From the NCBI RefSeq assembly GCF_009914755.1, contig NC_060936.1: a stretch of DNA of 64,000 bases. The stretch is one strand, 5' to 3'. The notes under the pieces are model-generated. The model did no database searches. It had not been told where the DNA came from and saw nothing but the letters and a program-made list of their open reading frames with translations. Below, piece after piece: positions 43,000 to 54,992 of the stretch. The first letter of the stretch is position 1; the number at the start of each line of letters is the position of its first letter. The stretch comes from the human T2T-CHM13v2.0 reference genome, Homo sapiens. Both the position numbers and the translations under genes were made by a program.

Positions 43000-45240
43000 C
43001 CTTCCTGTTTATAGGAACAGAGATTTGCACATCCATATTTAAATATTACACCAGCTTCATACAACAGGTGAGATGCTCACAGTGTGTATATGTCAAATAT
43101 ATGTCGTTCGTAAGTGAAGGGACTAAGCTACACACCTCTACACAAAAAGGCTGTCGAGTCAAACGCCAAAATTACTCACGGATAGGTAACAGGGTGCACA
43201 CAAATGTTAATGGCTTGAATACTACTTTAGGGTTTCCATAGTATCTTTCTCTCACTGATGCTCTTGTATACTATTTATGCTTTTAAAAAACGGAATAATT
43301 CTGAATGAGGAATATTTTTAAGTGAAAAGATAAACCATAAAAAATGTTTAAAATTACCTGAGGAGAGGGAGGGAATAGGGTGGACAGGAAAGGGTGTGTA
43401 GGCTTGTCTAAATATACCTTCTTGGTAGTTTTCACTTCAGAGCCATGTAAATATTTTACATTTAAAGAAATAAAGTTATATTGAAAAGCAATCCTTAAAA
43501 ATCAAAAGTAAACAAATAAACCTCAATGCAATCCCATTCCAGTTGACTTTAATACACAGTCCTTTGAATATACATCCAAATGAGAGGCAAAAAAAAAAAA
43601 AACCTTTAACTGAATTTAGTAATCATATTATGGAGGTAGGATAAGTACAGTTGTCCTAAAATATGTGTGTGTGCGTGTGTGTGTGTGTGTGTGTCTGCAC
43701 ACGTGTGCGTGCTGTGGGATAAATACATGAGTAATTATGTGAGTGTCACTAAATGTAGATTGTGGGCATATCAGAAAAGAGACACAGAGGGACAATTTAT
43801 GAGGTTAAAAAAAAACCTGTAGCCCTTATTTTAACTAGAAATACAAGTGAAAACTCATGATACATTTTTGGTCTGAAAATAAAATTTCCTAGGTCTGTAT
43901 GCTAAAAAATCCTAGAAACACTGACCAGCTAATCCGGTAATGATGAGAAACTCTGACACCTGTTGAAAGGAACCATTGCATTTTGGAGAAATGGCTGATT
44001 CCTGGTCTGGGTCAGGATATTTATAAGTTGAGCTTGGAACATCTTGACATATCAGAAAGTGAGAAAGCCACTGAAAGCCTTCTAGGTCATATCAAAGGAC
44101 TCAGGAACCAATTGAATAGGCTCTCCTGGCTAAAGGTGGAACAAGTAAAGCATCAATAAGAATAATAACAGGAATTAATTGAAGCACATAAAATTTATTC
44201 AAATCTGAGTCCATTGTAAGGATTAAAAAATGGCAACAGCAAATAACCAATCAACTCAGTAGTACCTTATAAGGATACTAGTAGCCCAACCCATTATTTT
44301 TATAAGCTAGAAAATAAAAGGGAAAGAATCAAATATCATTCTGCCATTTCTATACTAATGGTGCTCTAAATTAACCAAATAGTTGATGAGGGATATTTCT
44401 TTATAGAAGTATTCCAGCTAATACATGAAAGATAAATGATAGATTAGAATATCACTATTTTGCAACCACTAAATTATAAATTATATAAATTATAAATTAA
44501 TAAATTAAGCAATGATCTTCAGTGTCAGCTAGCATCACAAGAAAAGAGAAAACCATACATTATTAGCCTCCTGGTAGATTTTCTTTTGAACGTAAGTCTG
44601 ATTAAGCCTCTAGCGTACCACCACTTAACAAAAAATAAAGAATGCAGAGAAACATGTTATCAATGCCACAGACTTGCAAAATCAGCAAAATACAGATTAT
44701 GGAAAACTCTACTAGGCAAATAATCAAGTTTCTTAAGAAAAATAAAGAGGACAGAGGTAGAATGTTTGTGTGCATGTTGGCAATGGCAGAGAACCTAGAA
44801 ATGAAAAGATATTTAAGGAGATATATCACCCAACCATGAGGAATAGGCCTTATTTGAATTCCAGTTCACACAAGCCAATGAACAATAAACAAACACTTAA
44901 AAGGCAATTGGGAATGGGGGATATTGACTGGATACTTGATGATATTCAGAAATTATTGTTAATTTTGTTTTGTGTGATGATATTGCAGTCATGCTTTTAA
45001 AAAGGAGTTCCTATATTTTAGAGATGCACCTTGTATTTACAACTGGGAATAATGCAATGTCTTAGATTTGCTTCACAATAATTTAGTAGTGTGGAAAGTG
45101 GGTGAGGGTACCAATGAAACAATTGACTCTTTATTGATCAGTGTTGAAATTAGACTATGGGGACATTGGGACTCATTAGGCTAGTCTCTTTATTTTTATG
45201 TATGTTTTAGATTTTTCATAATAAAAAAGTTTTTTAAAAC
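43000..45240 (+). mobile_element. Ancient L1MC/ME 3' region (degraded)
   Basis: AT-rich block with L1MC-type motifs (gactggatacttgatgatattcagaaattattgttaattttg; tccagctaatacatgaaag). Boundaries uncertain. Confidence 0.6.
43664..43694. repeat. (TG)n microsatellite
   Basis: About 15 units with one CG interruption. Confidence 0.9.
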
Positions 45241-48200
45241 TGATTTATTCATTACTTAACAAATTTACCTAAAGAGGACATTTTAGAGGTGAAAAACCAG
45301 TATCACATGCCAATGATGGAAAATAACTATAAAAATAAATTCAGTGAAAGCAAATCAAGGTTATTAAATTGTAATTGTCCTAACCTCTGAATCTGAAGTC
45401 ACTTTCTTGTTGAAAAGCAAGTGCTAAGACAGGTTCAAGACATTTCAAGAAAATCAAGGTGTGTAGACTTACTTCTGGAGGTAACCCAATGGCTAGAAAA
45501 GAGAATTGAAAAAGAAATAACTTTCTCACATTATGACCATGTATTCCAATGTTATTTGTTGTGCTTGATCTGCCTGGATATCACCTAAAACATGCTTGGG
45601 GTGGGGGGATACCACTAGGGTTCCAAGGCTCCTCACTTTGAGAAATAATGATATAAAATAATTGGCTTTTAAAACTGGGTGTAATAATGGTGATTCTCTC
45701 ATTTTGCATTTGAAAGAAAAATGAGACTCATTTAAAAGGAAAATGAGACTCAGAGAGTATAATTTCACTGCACACAGCACATTTTTTCATCACTAATTCC
45801 AACATTCTGCCTCCATTTTTTTCATCACTGTGTTCTCTGGGCTTCAGCCTCTCTCATAAGTCTACCCAACTCTTTCCCAATGTGTGGTCTTTGTGCGTAC
45901 TGAACTCTTTTCCTGAAATGCTACCTCCCTTCTTCACTTGGCAAATGCCTCTTACTCTTAGATGAAACTTAAAAGCAACTGTCTTGGACAGACTTTACCT
46001 CTATACACTCAGTAAATTCTCTTTACACTTAGTAAATTCTCCACTTATCCAGTTTTACATCGTTTTCCTCTTTGGGGCATGGTTTTTTTTTATGATGTTT
46101 AACATAACTCAACTGGACTGAAGGGTTCAGGAGAGGAGGACCCATTTTTGTCCCTGTCCAATTGCTGTGCCCAATACATACTTGCACAATGAATGAATTT
46201 CACTTCAGGATATAAAAATCATATTAGAGGCAGTATGTAAGAATGATTAAGGGCTCTGCAAGTCAGACTAACTGAATTCATATGTTGGCTCCACCTTTTA
46301 CTAACTGTGTGTCCCTGGTAAGTTACTTAAACTCTCTGTGGTTAATAGCAGGGCCTAATACATAGGGTTTTGGTGAGCATTCAATGGGTTAATATTTGTA
46401 AAGTACTTAGAAAAATGCCTGGCACTGAATACTATGTAACTATATACACATATATTGTTATAATTGCATATTATTACTGTTATACATACTACATAGAGTA
46501 TACATAAAATACAGTGTTTTTCTCTCATCAATTCACAGTTAAGTGAATATATACAATGCCAGTAAGCACAGTGTGAATACTGTATTGTCACGTGTAATAT
46601 GAGTATAAAATCGTGCCTCATTACCTGCGGGACTGGGTAACTTGAACATTAGTATAGTTTCTTACTGTATATGGAATCTACTCATTACACCAGCATTTAC
46701 TGAACTTTTACTATGTGCCAATTCTATACTAGGCATTTGTGACTCAAATAAGAAATAGACATAGTCTGTTCTTTCAAGGATCACCCAGTCAATACTATGA
46801 CAAGTAACTCTAAATAAATTATAAAGTATACCCATGGCTCAAAGGAGGGCCAAGAGAGGAAGATTTTATTATGGGTATGGAAGGCTAGCAATGCGTATGT
46901 TAAGACTTCTGAGATAATGTGATTATAAAATATCAAAGAATGAATAGGACATTTTCAAAAGGACAGAGATGTCAGAGGGGTTTGTTTTGCACGATTTGGA
47001 GAGTTATGGAGTAGAACGAGGTATATAGAGATACGATGAACAATGTGAAATAACTGGAGGGTGAAGTTCAAGGACAGATAGAAGGCAAGCACCAGTTCAT
47101 GAGAGCCGTAATGCAGAGGGGTTAGCACTGACCCTACTAATTTGGGGGAGTCAGTGCAAGGTTTTCAAGGAAGGAAGTTATGAGCAGGCCCCCAGTTTGA
47201 AGGAAAAAAAAGTCCCTAGAGGGAATAAGTCCAAAGGATAGGTTAGCAGAAGGTGAATTCTTGCAGCAGGAAGGCAGATTAGGTGGCTGGTACAATTGCT
47301 CTGGGGAGGAATGGTTGCTTTATTCCAGTCTTGATTTTGAGCATCTCTCTCCTTCTCCTCCCACTGAGATTCTTCAGTTTGGTTTTCTTCAACAAAATCA
47401 ATATGGTCGCCTTGGAGACTCATGTCTTTTCCTGCCAACTACCTATAAAATACCAGGTTGTACATATTAGGGTAGTACCAGGCAAGTACTCTTTGCCCTT
47501 CTGCAGGAAGAAGGTGGAGGCTCTGAAAATAACATCCTTGATAGCATAAATAGATATGCAGACTAATGGGCAGCTCTAGACATGGACACAATATATAGAC
47601 AGGAGGGATACATTTTACACTCACCTAATGTTACACTTTTCTTATCCTGTTGCTGGAGGTCAGCGTAGCCTAGACTTTAGATTAAGACATATCTGGATTT
47701 GAAAGCAGACTCCTCTACTTGCTAGCTATGCAACTCTGGGCAAGTGATTCTCCCACTCAGAGACTCAGTTTCCAAATCTGCAAAATTTAGATGATGATGG
47801 TTCCTTTATCATAGAGCTGTTGTGAGAATTAAGTGAGATAATGTTTATCAAGGGTTTAAGCACATGTTGTGACTAGAACATAGTAACATATGTCTGATAA
47901 GTGTAGCAATTTTTATTGTCTGAGATGGCAATGAATCCATCTGTCTTGTAGAATCTTGGGATCTATGCAGTTGGAAGGAGGCTTTCTGGTTTATCCATAC
48001 TAGTCCAGGAGTATCTGAAGTAGTGCACATGTATGTTCCAGAAGAGGAATGGACAATAAACAACAGAGGTGGGATTCAGGTTAGACACAAGGTAGAACTT
48101 TCAAGAAGTGAGGATTAAAGGAAGAAGTCAAATTGGGAACGAAGAAGTCAAGAAGTGAGGATTGATAAACATTGAGTAGTGCAATCATATTTTTCTCCCC

Positions 48201-49617
48201 AAATAAATAATCTTGTAATTTGAATGGTTTAGCATGATCTTGTTTAAAGACATAAAGACCGATGAATTGGTCTCATTATCATATTTCCCATCATCTCAGT
48301 AATTATTTGAATCTTTTGCTGTTCCCTGGACTTTTAGAAATGGGTACAGACTGTCAAGTTCTCTGATGCTGGTAGATAATGGTTGGCTCCATTGTACTCA
48401 GAGAAATCGTGGACACAGAAAGATTAAGAGATTTACCCAAGGTAACATGGTAATGTTAGTGAGGTGGGATTTGAACTGCCTCAGGAGAAGGGGTAGCTAT
48501 TTCTCTGAGCTGGAGGTGCTGTATCTTTGGATCACTAAGGAGAAGGTTGCATAAGAATCTTCTTAGCTCCTGCTCTAGAGTGCCTGGGTTTGCAAAGTTT
48601 AGAATCATTTCTCCCTGCTGTCCCTTTTTTCAAATGAAAGAACAATACCAATCAGGTAAAGAAACATTCTCTAGACATGGATGGCAAATTGATTTTATCT
48701 GGAATGCCAAGACCAAACTATTAGTAGTGGCTATCTAGAAACTGTGTGTTAAGAAGGATTCTGAGGGTCGGTCTGAGAAAGAGTATTGTGAAGGATCAGT
48801 GATGTCTACCATCAGTATAGCACAGAGGGCAAGGAATAATTGTGCCATAAGTTTATATTCATTAACCAGCATATTAATAGGTCCTTGTTTATGGGGTGGG
48901 CTGGCTTGCATCTGGGGAAACAGAAAGCAATACCCGGAAGGAATGAGGCACAAGATGGTTCTATTTTAATAAAGTGATGGAGGAACTGGAGTTCACGTTA
49001 TATTGGAGAAGCCAGACCTAAAGCAGAAGTCACTGTGATAAGATGAAAAGGGGACAAGTGTTAGTCAGTGGAGACCCAGAAGGAGAATTAGGCTGTGAAC
49101 TGCTTCAGGGAAGGGACTATGTCTGGTTTGTCTTTGAGTCCTCCGTGCCCAGGACTGTGCCTGGCCAAGATGCAAGATTGGGCATCAGTTAATGATTATT
49201 GAACTGAATATGGCCTGACTTAACATAGTAACAGGTGATTATTCCAAGATCATGAGCAAGAAGAGCTACCATTGAATGGTCACTTGCTATAAACTGGACA
49301 ATTTATTAAGTCCTTTACCAGTAATATTTCATTTAATCTTCCCAACCACGATGTGATATCTCCACTTTTGCAAATGAGGAAACAAAGGCAGAGGTTAGTT
49401 ATTAGCCCAAGCTCATACAGCTACAAAGTGGCAGAGCTGGGCTTCATATCCTAGTTCTCTCTAAATCCACAGGCTGGGCTTTTAACCACTTGAGTAATTG
49501 ATATTTTTGAGTAAACTGTGTTTCAGACACATTCTAGAACCTGTATGTGTGTTAATTCCTTCAATCCTCACAGCTAGTTCATCTAAACATATTATTTATA
49601 ATCTTTATAGAATCTTC

Positions 49618-49982
<365 letters not shown>

Positions 49983-50185
49983 CTAAGTATGTGACTCATT
50001 GTTATCTGATTTATTTTTAAATGGTGGTCCATCCTGATATGCGTAGTATCCCACTCCATCCTCCACCCCACCAAGCAAAAACAGAAACTGTATTTTTCAC
50101 AAATTTCCTTTGCTTCCTACAGGATCACCCTGGGGAAGTCACTTGGTCATCCTCAACTTCTTCATGTTTAAAACAGAGTAAGATC

Positions 50186-50965
50186 GAATAGCAGGTCTAC
50201 GTTTTTTAACTTTTATTTTAAGTTCAGGGGTACAAGCGCAGGTTTGTTACATAGGTAGACTTGTGTCACGGGGGTTCGTCGAACAGATTATTTCATCACC
50301 CAGGTATTTAGCCTAGTACCCATTAGTTATTTCTCCTGATCCTCTCCCTCCTCCCAACTTCCACCCTCCAAAAGGCCCCAGTGTGTGTTATTCCCATCTA
50401 TATGCCCATGTGTTCTCATCATTTAGCTCCCATTTATAAGTGAGAACATGTGGTATCAGGTTTTCTGTTCCTATGTTAGTTTGCTAAGGATAATGACCTC
50501 CAGCTCCACTCATGTCCCTGCAAAGGACATGATATTCTTTTCATGGCTGCGTAGTATTCCATGGTGTATATGTACCACAACTTCTTTATCCAGTCTATCA
50601 CTGATGGGCATTTAGGTTGATTCCATGTCTTTGCTATTGTGAGTAGTGCTGCAGTGAACATACACATGCATGTGTCTTTATAAAAGAATGAGCAGGTCTA
50701 CTTTTAGTTCTTTGAGAAATCTTCATACTGTTTTCCATAGTTGTTGTACCAATTTACATCCACACCAACAGTGTATAACTGTTCCCTTTTCACTGCATCT
50801 ACACCATCTATTTTTTTTTTTTACTTTTTAATAATGGCCTTTTGGGGGTAAGGTACTATTCGGGTGACAGGTATGTAAAAGCCCAGACTTCATCACTATA
50901 CAATTCATCCATGTAACCAAAAAACACTTGCACCCTTAAAGCTATTGAAATAAGATAAATAAATA
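50186..50965 (+). mobile_element. L1PB/MA-like element with inverted 5' segment (host of the L1PA above)
   Basis: Antisense ORF2 piece (ttttagttctttgagaaatc...) joined at ~50842 to a sense 3' end (gcccagacttcatcactata...A-rich tail). TSD aaacagagtaagatc / aaatagaataagatc. Confidence 0.75.
50201..50690 (-). mobile_element. Older L1PA 3' fragment with TSD agcaggtctac
   Basis: L1PA 3' UTR and ORF2 C-terminus (AKTWNQPKCPSVIDWIKKLWYIYTMEYY). TSD at 50190..50200 and 50691..50701. Confidence 0.9.
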
Positions 50966-52874
50966 AAATAGAATAAGATCAGCTTTCTCTCCCACCTCAT
51001 CTGGCTACGATGGGATTTTAAAAAGGCAATGTTTTGCATATGGGAGCTCTATCAACATTTTAGGGATTAGGAGCAGGCACACAACTGGAAGATGTTGACT
51101 GATCTTGTGGGGGTAGGATCCCACCTACCTCTCTCCTGCAAGTGACTCAGTTCATACCCTAAATGTCATGACTAAGGTTAGTTTTAAAGATGCCAGTCTG
51201 CTACCTATAAGAAGCCAGCTCTAGATTGCATTTACAATGATACCAACTTCTGGGTGGGAAACGGGGGTCTAGCCCAATCAGGGAATGGGGGATTTGGGGC
51301 GCAAGGTAAGAGGGAGAGGAAGGGAAGGGGTTAGCCTAGTCTCCACTTTGCTCCATCTCCAACCTTCCCAGGCCTGACCCCCACCTCTGGGCCCTCTCCC
51401 CCGGCAACCCACATAAGAAGCCAGCAAATGCACCTCTCGTTGTTGACCAGAAGGGGTCACTGCAGAGCAAGTAGCGCTCTCAGGCACTCAAATAAGCGGA
51501 CGCAGGCGTGTCGAACACACACACTTCAAACGTAGATACCCTTTGGGGCGGGTACTCATTTACTCCAAGGTTCTTTCTTCTCCTGCCCCATCTTATCCTC
51601 TCTGTTGGCCTCTTCATCTTCACCTCCTAGTTACCTCCTGTTCCCCTTCAGAGAATTTCTGGAGTTCCCATTGTTCTCCCGACCCCCCCGCCCTACCCCG
51701 CCCTCATTGGGTCCCCATTGCTATCTGCTTTAGCAAAGAGCAGGAGTTTATTCTCGCTGTGACTGGGACTCAGCACCAGGTGCTTGGAGGCATTTAAGAC
51801 TGAGCGAGGCCTCCTTCCAGGAATTTACAGCCTGGAAAGTGGAAGCGGGGTTGGGGGGAGGGGGAGGGCGTTAGGTGGGAGATGGGGGAGTAACAACTCT
51901 GCTAAGATTAAAAGGCTTCCAGGAAGGCAAGGGCTGAGGGGTCCCGCCACGATCTCTTTTTTTTATAATGAAAACCCTGGGGGAAAACAAGAGTCATTCT
52001 AACCAGATCTTCTGTGTCTGGGGTTGATTTGGGATTCTAAACCTCCACTTGCTTGGGATTACGATTGAACTGCGAGGCGGTAAGGAGATGGGGAGGAGAG
52101 ACCGAAAAGTAACTATCCCCCTGCTAATCCTCGAGATTTTCCTCTCCAACCCTCCCACTAAGCGCTTTCTTTTCCAAAACGTACTCCTTTCCCGAGACTA
52201 GCGGCATTAGGAAAAGTGGCTGCAGGCGGATTCCCCAGGAGTGGATGGGGGTGGGGTGGGGTGAGATGGGAACTCTTTCCTCTGGACGGGGTTGGCGGCG
52301 GGGACGCTGGGCAGGCCGGCTGTGAGACACAAAAGAGATACCCTTGACAGCTCCGCATGCACAGATGTAACGCTGCGCCCCTTGGCGGGCGGGGGCCCTG
52401 CTCGGCAGATGGCGAGAAGCCGAATTGGTGAGGGATTGTCTATCAAATGGCACTTTCTGGGTGGTGGAGACCTCGCTAACCCCCGGCGCAAAGAGGAACG
52501 CAGGGCACCCTCTGTACCGGCCTAGGCCGTGTCTCCCAAAAGTGAGGGTCTGGGGGAGGCCGGCTGGGGTGGATAGATTAAGTTTTTTACGAGCCCCCCC
52601 AACCCCCCCCCCCCCCCACGCAGAAGATCAGCTACAAGACTTGCGAAGGGGCTGGAAAGAAAGGTGGCCTGGCCCAAAGGGGGCACCCAGGAAAGGGCTG
52701 AGGAAGGCCAGCGATGATGGGAGAGGAGAGGGGCCTGGGAAGCAGGATCTCCTGCCTGGCGCAGATTGGGGTGCCAGGATGGCTTCTCAGAGGGATCAGC
52801 GCTGCAACTCGGTCGCCGCGGGGCCCTGGTGACAGGCGCACGCCCCGCCCTTTCTCCTCCCAAGACCTGCGGGC

Positions 52875-52895
52875 TTTTGTTATGCAGATGGCGGC
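52875..52895 (+). promoter_or_regulatory. Overlapping SOX-POU composite / CAGATG E-box / YY1-like motif
   Basis: TTTTGTTATGCAGATGGCGGC in the proximal promoter. Motif match only. Confidence 0.45.
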
Positions 52896-53039
52896 AGGAG
52901 GCTGAGCCTGAGGAGGAGGGGGTTGGTGGGGAGGAGGAGAGACGGAGAGGGGGGAGGAAAGTGCAGCTCGCGCGACCAGCCTCCTCTTCCAACGTCACAT
53001 TGTGCGAGAGACAAAACCCGGGCGCGCCGGAGCTCACAC

Positions 53040-53381
53040 GCGCACGCACACACATCCGACCCCGTCGCCTCTTCTCTCCTGGTGCTGCCCAGAAAGCCAG
53101 CCCTCCCTTCCCTTCTTGGGGCGCAGAGGCTCAGCCAGCTCAGAGCGCAGCCTGGAGCCGACCCAGAAGGGCGAAGAAAGCCCAGCGGACGAGCCTCCTT
53201 TCTCTGCTGCCTGCCCGGGCTGGGGCGTCCCATCCCCCGCCCTGAACTCCGATCTCTCCCACCCCACCCCTCTCTGGGTTTCACCCGGACAGAGCCGGGA
53301 GCTGGGTGTCGCCCCCGTTTGGAATCCACGTTTCAGCACTTTGGACAGCGCCCCGGACGCCCCGGCCCCTTTGGGTTGGCG
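53040..53381 (+). other. SRRM4: SRRM4 exon 1 5' UTR (TSS approximate)
   Basis: GC-rich, no upstream ATG, contiguous with the start codon. The TSS cannot be fixed from sequence alone, so the start coordinate is an estimate. Confidence 0.6.
53332..53352 (+). promoter_or_regulatory. RE1/NRSE (REST binding site) in the SRRM4 5' UTR
   Basis: TTCAGCACTTTGGACAGCGCC versus consensus TTCAGCACCNCGGACAGCGCC: both half-sites present at canonical spacing. REST repression of nSR100/SRRM4 is established. Confidence 0.9.
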
Positions 53382-53512
53382 ATGGCGAGCGTTCAGCAAG
53401 GCGAGAAGCAGCTTTTTGAGAAGTTCTGGCGAGGAACCTTCAAAGCGGTGGCCACCCCCCGTCCCGAGAGCATCATTGTCGCCAGTATCACGGCCCGCAA
53501 GCCGCTGCCAAG
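53382..53512 (+). CDS. SRRM4: SRRM4 (nSR100, serine/arginine repetitive matrix 4) coding exon 1
   Basis: Translates MASVQQGEKQLFEKFWRGTFKAVATPRPESIIVASITARKPLP(R), which I recognise as the SRRM4 N-terminus. Good Kozak context (ggcgATGg). Ends at donor AG|gtaatg (131 nt, phase 2). Lies in a CpG island. Confidence 0.96.
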
Positions 53513-54984
53513 GTAATGATCTCCTTCTTAGAAGGGGGGATCCTGAAGGTCCTCCTTTCTGGCCTGTGCCCCAGAGCCCGGAGGGGTGGATGCAGGCAGC
53601 CGGGCCAGGGCGCCTGTCTTTTCCCGTCACTACTCGGCGGCTCCCGCTGAAACATGGGAACTCATTGCTTGTGTGAGGTGGAAGATGGTGAGAAGGGACA
53701 GGAATTCTTTGGGGGAAAGCAACGCTTATTGGACCCCCGTAGCTCCTATTCAAGAGGTTTTGCTACCTGAGGGTGGGCGGTGCAGATGGGGTACGACTTG
53801 ACTGAAAAACTTTTCTTGGTGTCACAGAGTCCAGAGGGCAGGTGGGCCAAGGAATGGTGGATTTGAGATGTTTGGGGGGTGTTGTACCAGAAAAGGAGAA
53901 CTGAGCCAGCTCAAGCAGCGTTCAGAGATAGCACACATTTCCATCCTCGGCTCGGAAACTAGCGAGCTTTGAACATTTTTGACAAAAGCCCATATGCTGT
54001 TCCCTCAAATACACCCAAAACAGCACCCTCCTCCACGCCTTTCTGGCGGCTGCTGCCGCTGCTGCTGAATTCTCTCCTCTCCAGCATCCAAAACCAAGAC
54101 TCTGAGCTCAGGAGTCAGGGAGGAGCCTTCCAAGATCGTGAAGATGATCTTGGAAGAGTTTTATTTTGTTTTTTTTTGTTTTTTTTTTTTTTTTCCAAAA
54201 AGAATCTGATTGCTTTGAACTCAGGGATGAGAACCGATCCTTGGATGGTGGTAGACATGGTGCTGATGGAAGGAAGAATAAGGGAAGAAATGAAAGAAAC
54301 AGGGGAACAGGAGGTGGGGTGAGAGGGAGAGGAGGTTGGGGGAAAATGGAAGCATTCCAAGACAGAGAAAAATCCAATTCTTTTCATAAATCATTCAATT
54401 TAGAGGAGTTTAAGAATGAAGGGAAGAAGGCTGTGCTCTCTGTCAGGGAAAATCAAGGTAGTATGAAAACTCATCTTTTGCTGGTGTTGGATGAGTGGTT
54501 TAGTAGGAGAAAAGAAAGAAGTGGACCAGGGGGACCACTTGGAGGATTTATTAATCCTGGCAGTCTGCATTAGGGAGCAGATTGAAAACATGTCTGCAAA
54601 AGTGCTTAGGACAGACTGAACGTCTGTTCTGGCACAACTGATTCTGAACTTTCCAGTGAGTGTGAGGTGGAAGACGTATGGGAAATTATGTCTGAAGAAT
54701 CAAAGCCAGATTGGAGAAGTTTTCCTCTTCACTGTCTTATTGAGGATCATACAGGTCTTTAGAGAAATAGGTGTCCCATTTAGGAATGGGTGGCCAAGCA
54801 TCACAACAGGCCAGTAGGGTGTAGCAGGCTTCAAGCTAAAGCAGCACCAGCCAGTGTTTGCAGACGGGAAGGAGGGGACACCCACCCACCCACTGACACA
54901 GGCTGGAGAAGGGGAACAATAATACCAAATGCCATTAAAGGCTGATGCTTCTCTGCTCCGAAGGAGGTTCTGTGTATAGAGTTT

Positions 54985-54992
54985 TGACGTCA
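54985..54992. promoter_or_regulatory. Full palindromic CRE (TGACGTCA) in intron 1
   Basis: Exact 8-mer with its CpG intact, in non-repetitive sequence about 1.5 kb into the intron. Confidence 0.4.

Larger units (their letters stand above)
52250..53650. promoter_or_regulatory. CpG island / SRRM4 promoter
   Basis: Sharp rise in GC and CpG density against a CpG-depleted background. GC box cacgccccgccc at ~52839-52850, half-CRE acgtca at ~52992, no clear TATA box. Confidence 0.9.

Noticed and set aside
42880-43694. (CA)n and (TG)n tracts that could pair as an inverted repeat
   Set aside because: Independent microsatellites with no flanking homology.
51770-51786. TCAGCACCAGGTGCT: REST left half-site within a short palindrome
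   Set aside because: No right half-site (GGACAG) at canonical or extended spacing. Isolated half-sites are common.
52124-53753. Many long overlapping ORFs (up to 239 aa) on both strands
   Set aside because: Expected from stop-codon depletion in a CpG island. They are low-complexity Pro/Arg/Gly-rich, and most start at non-ATG codons. Only the frame containing MASVQQ... is recognisable.
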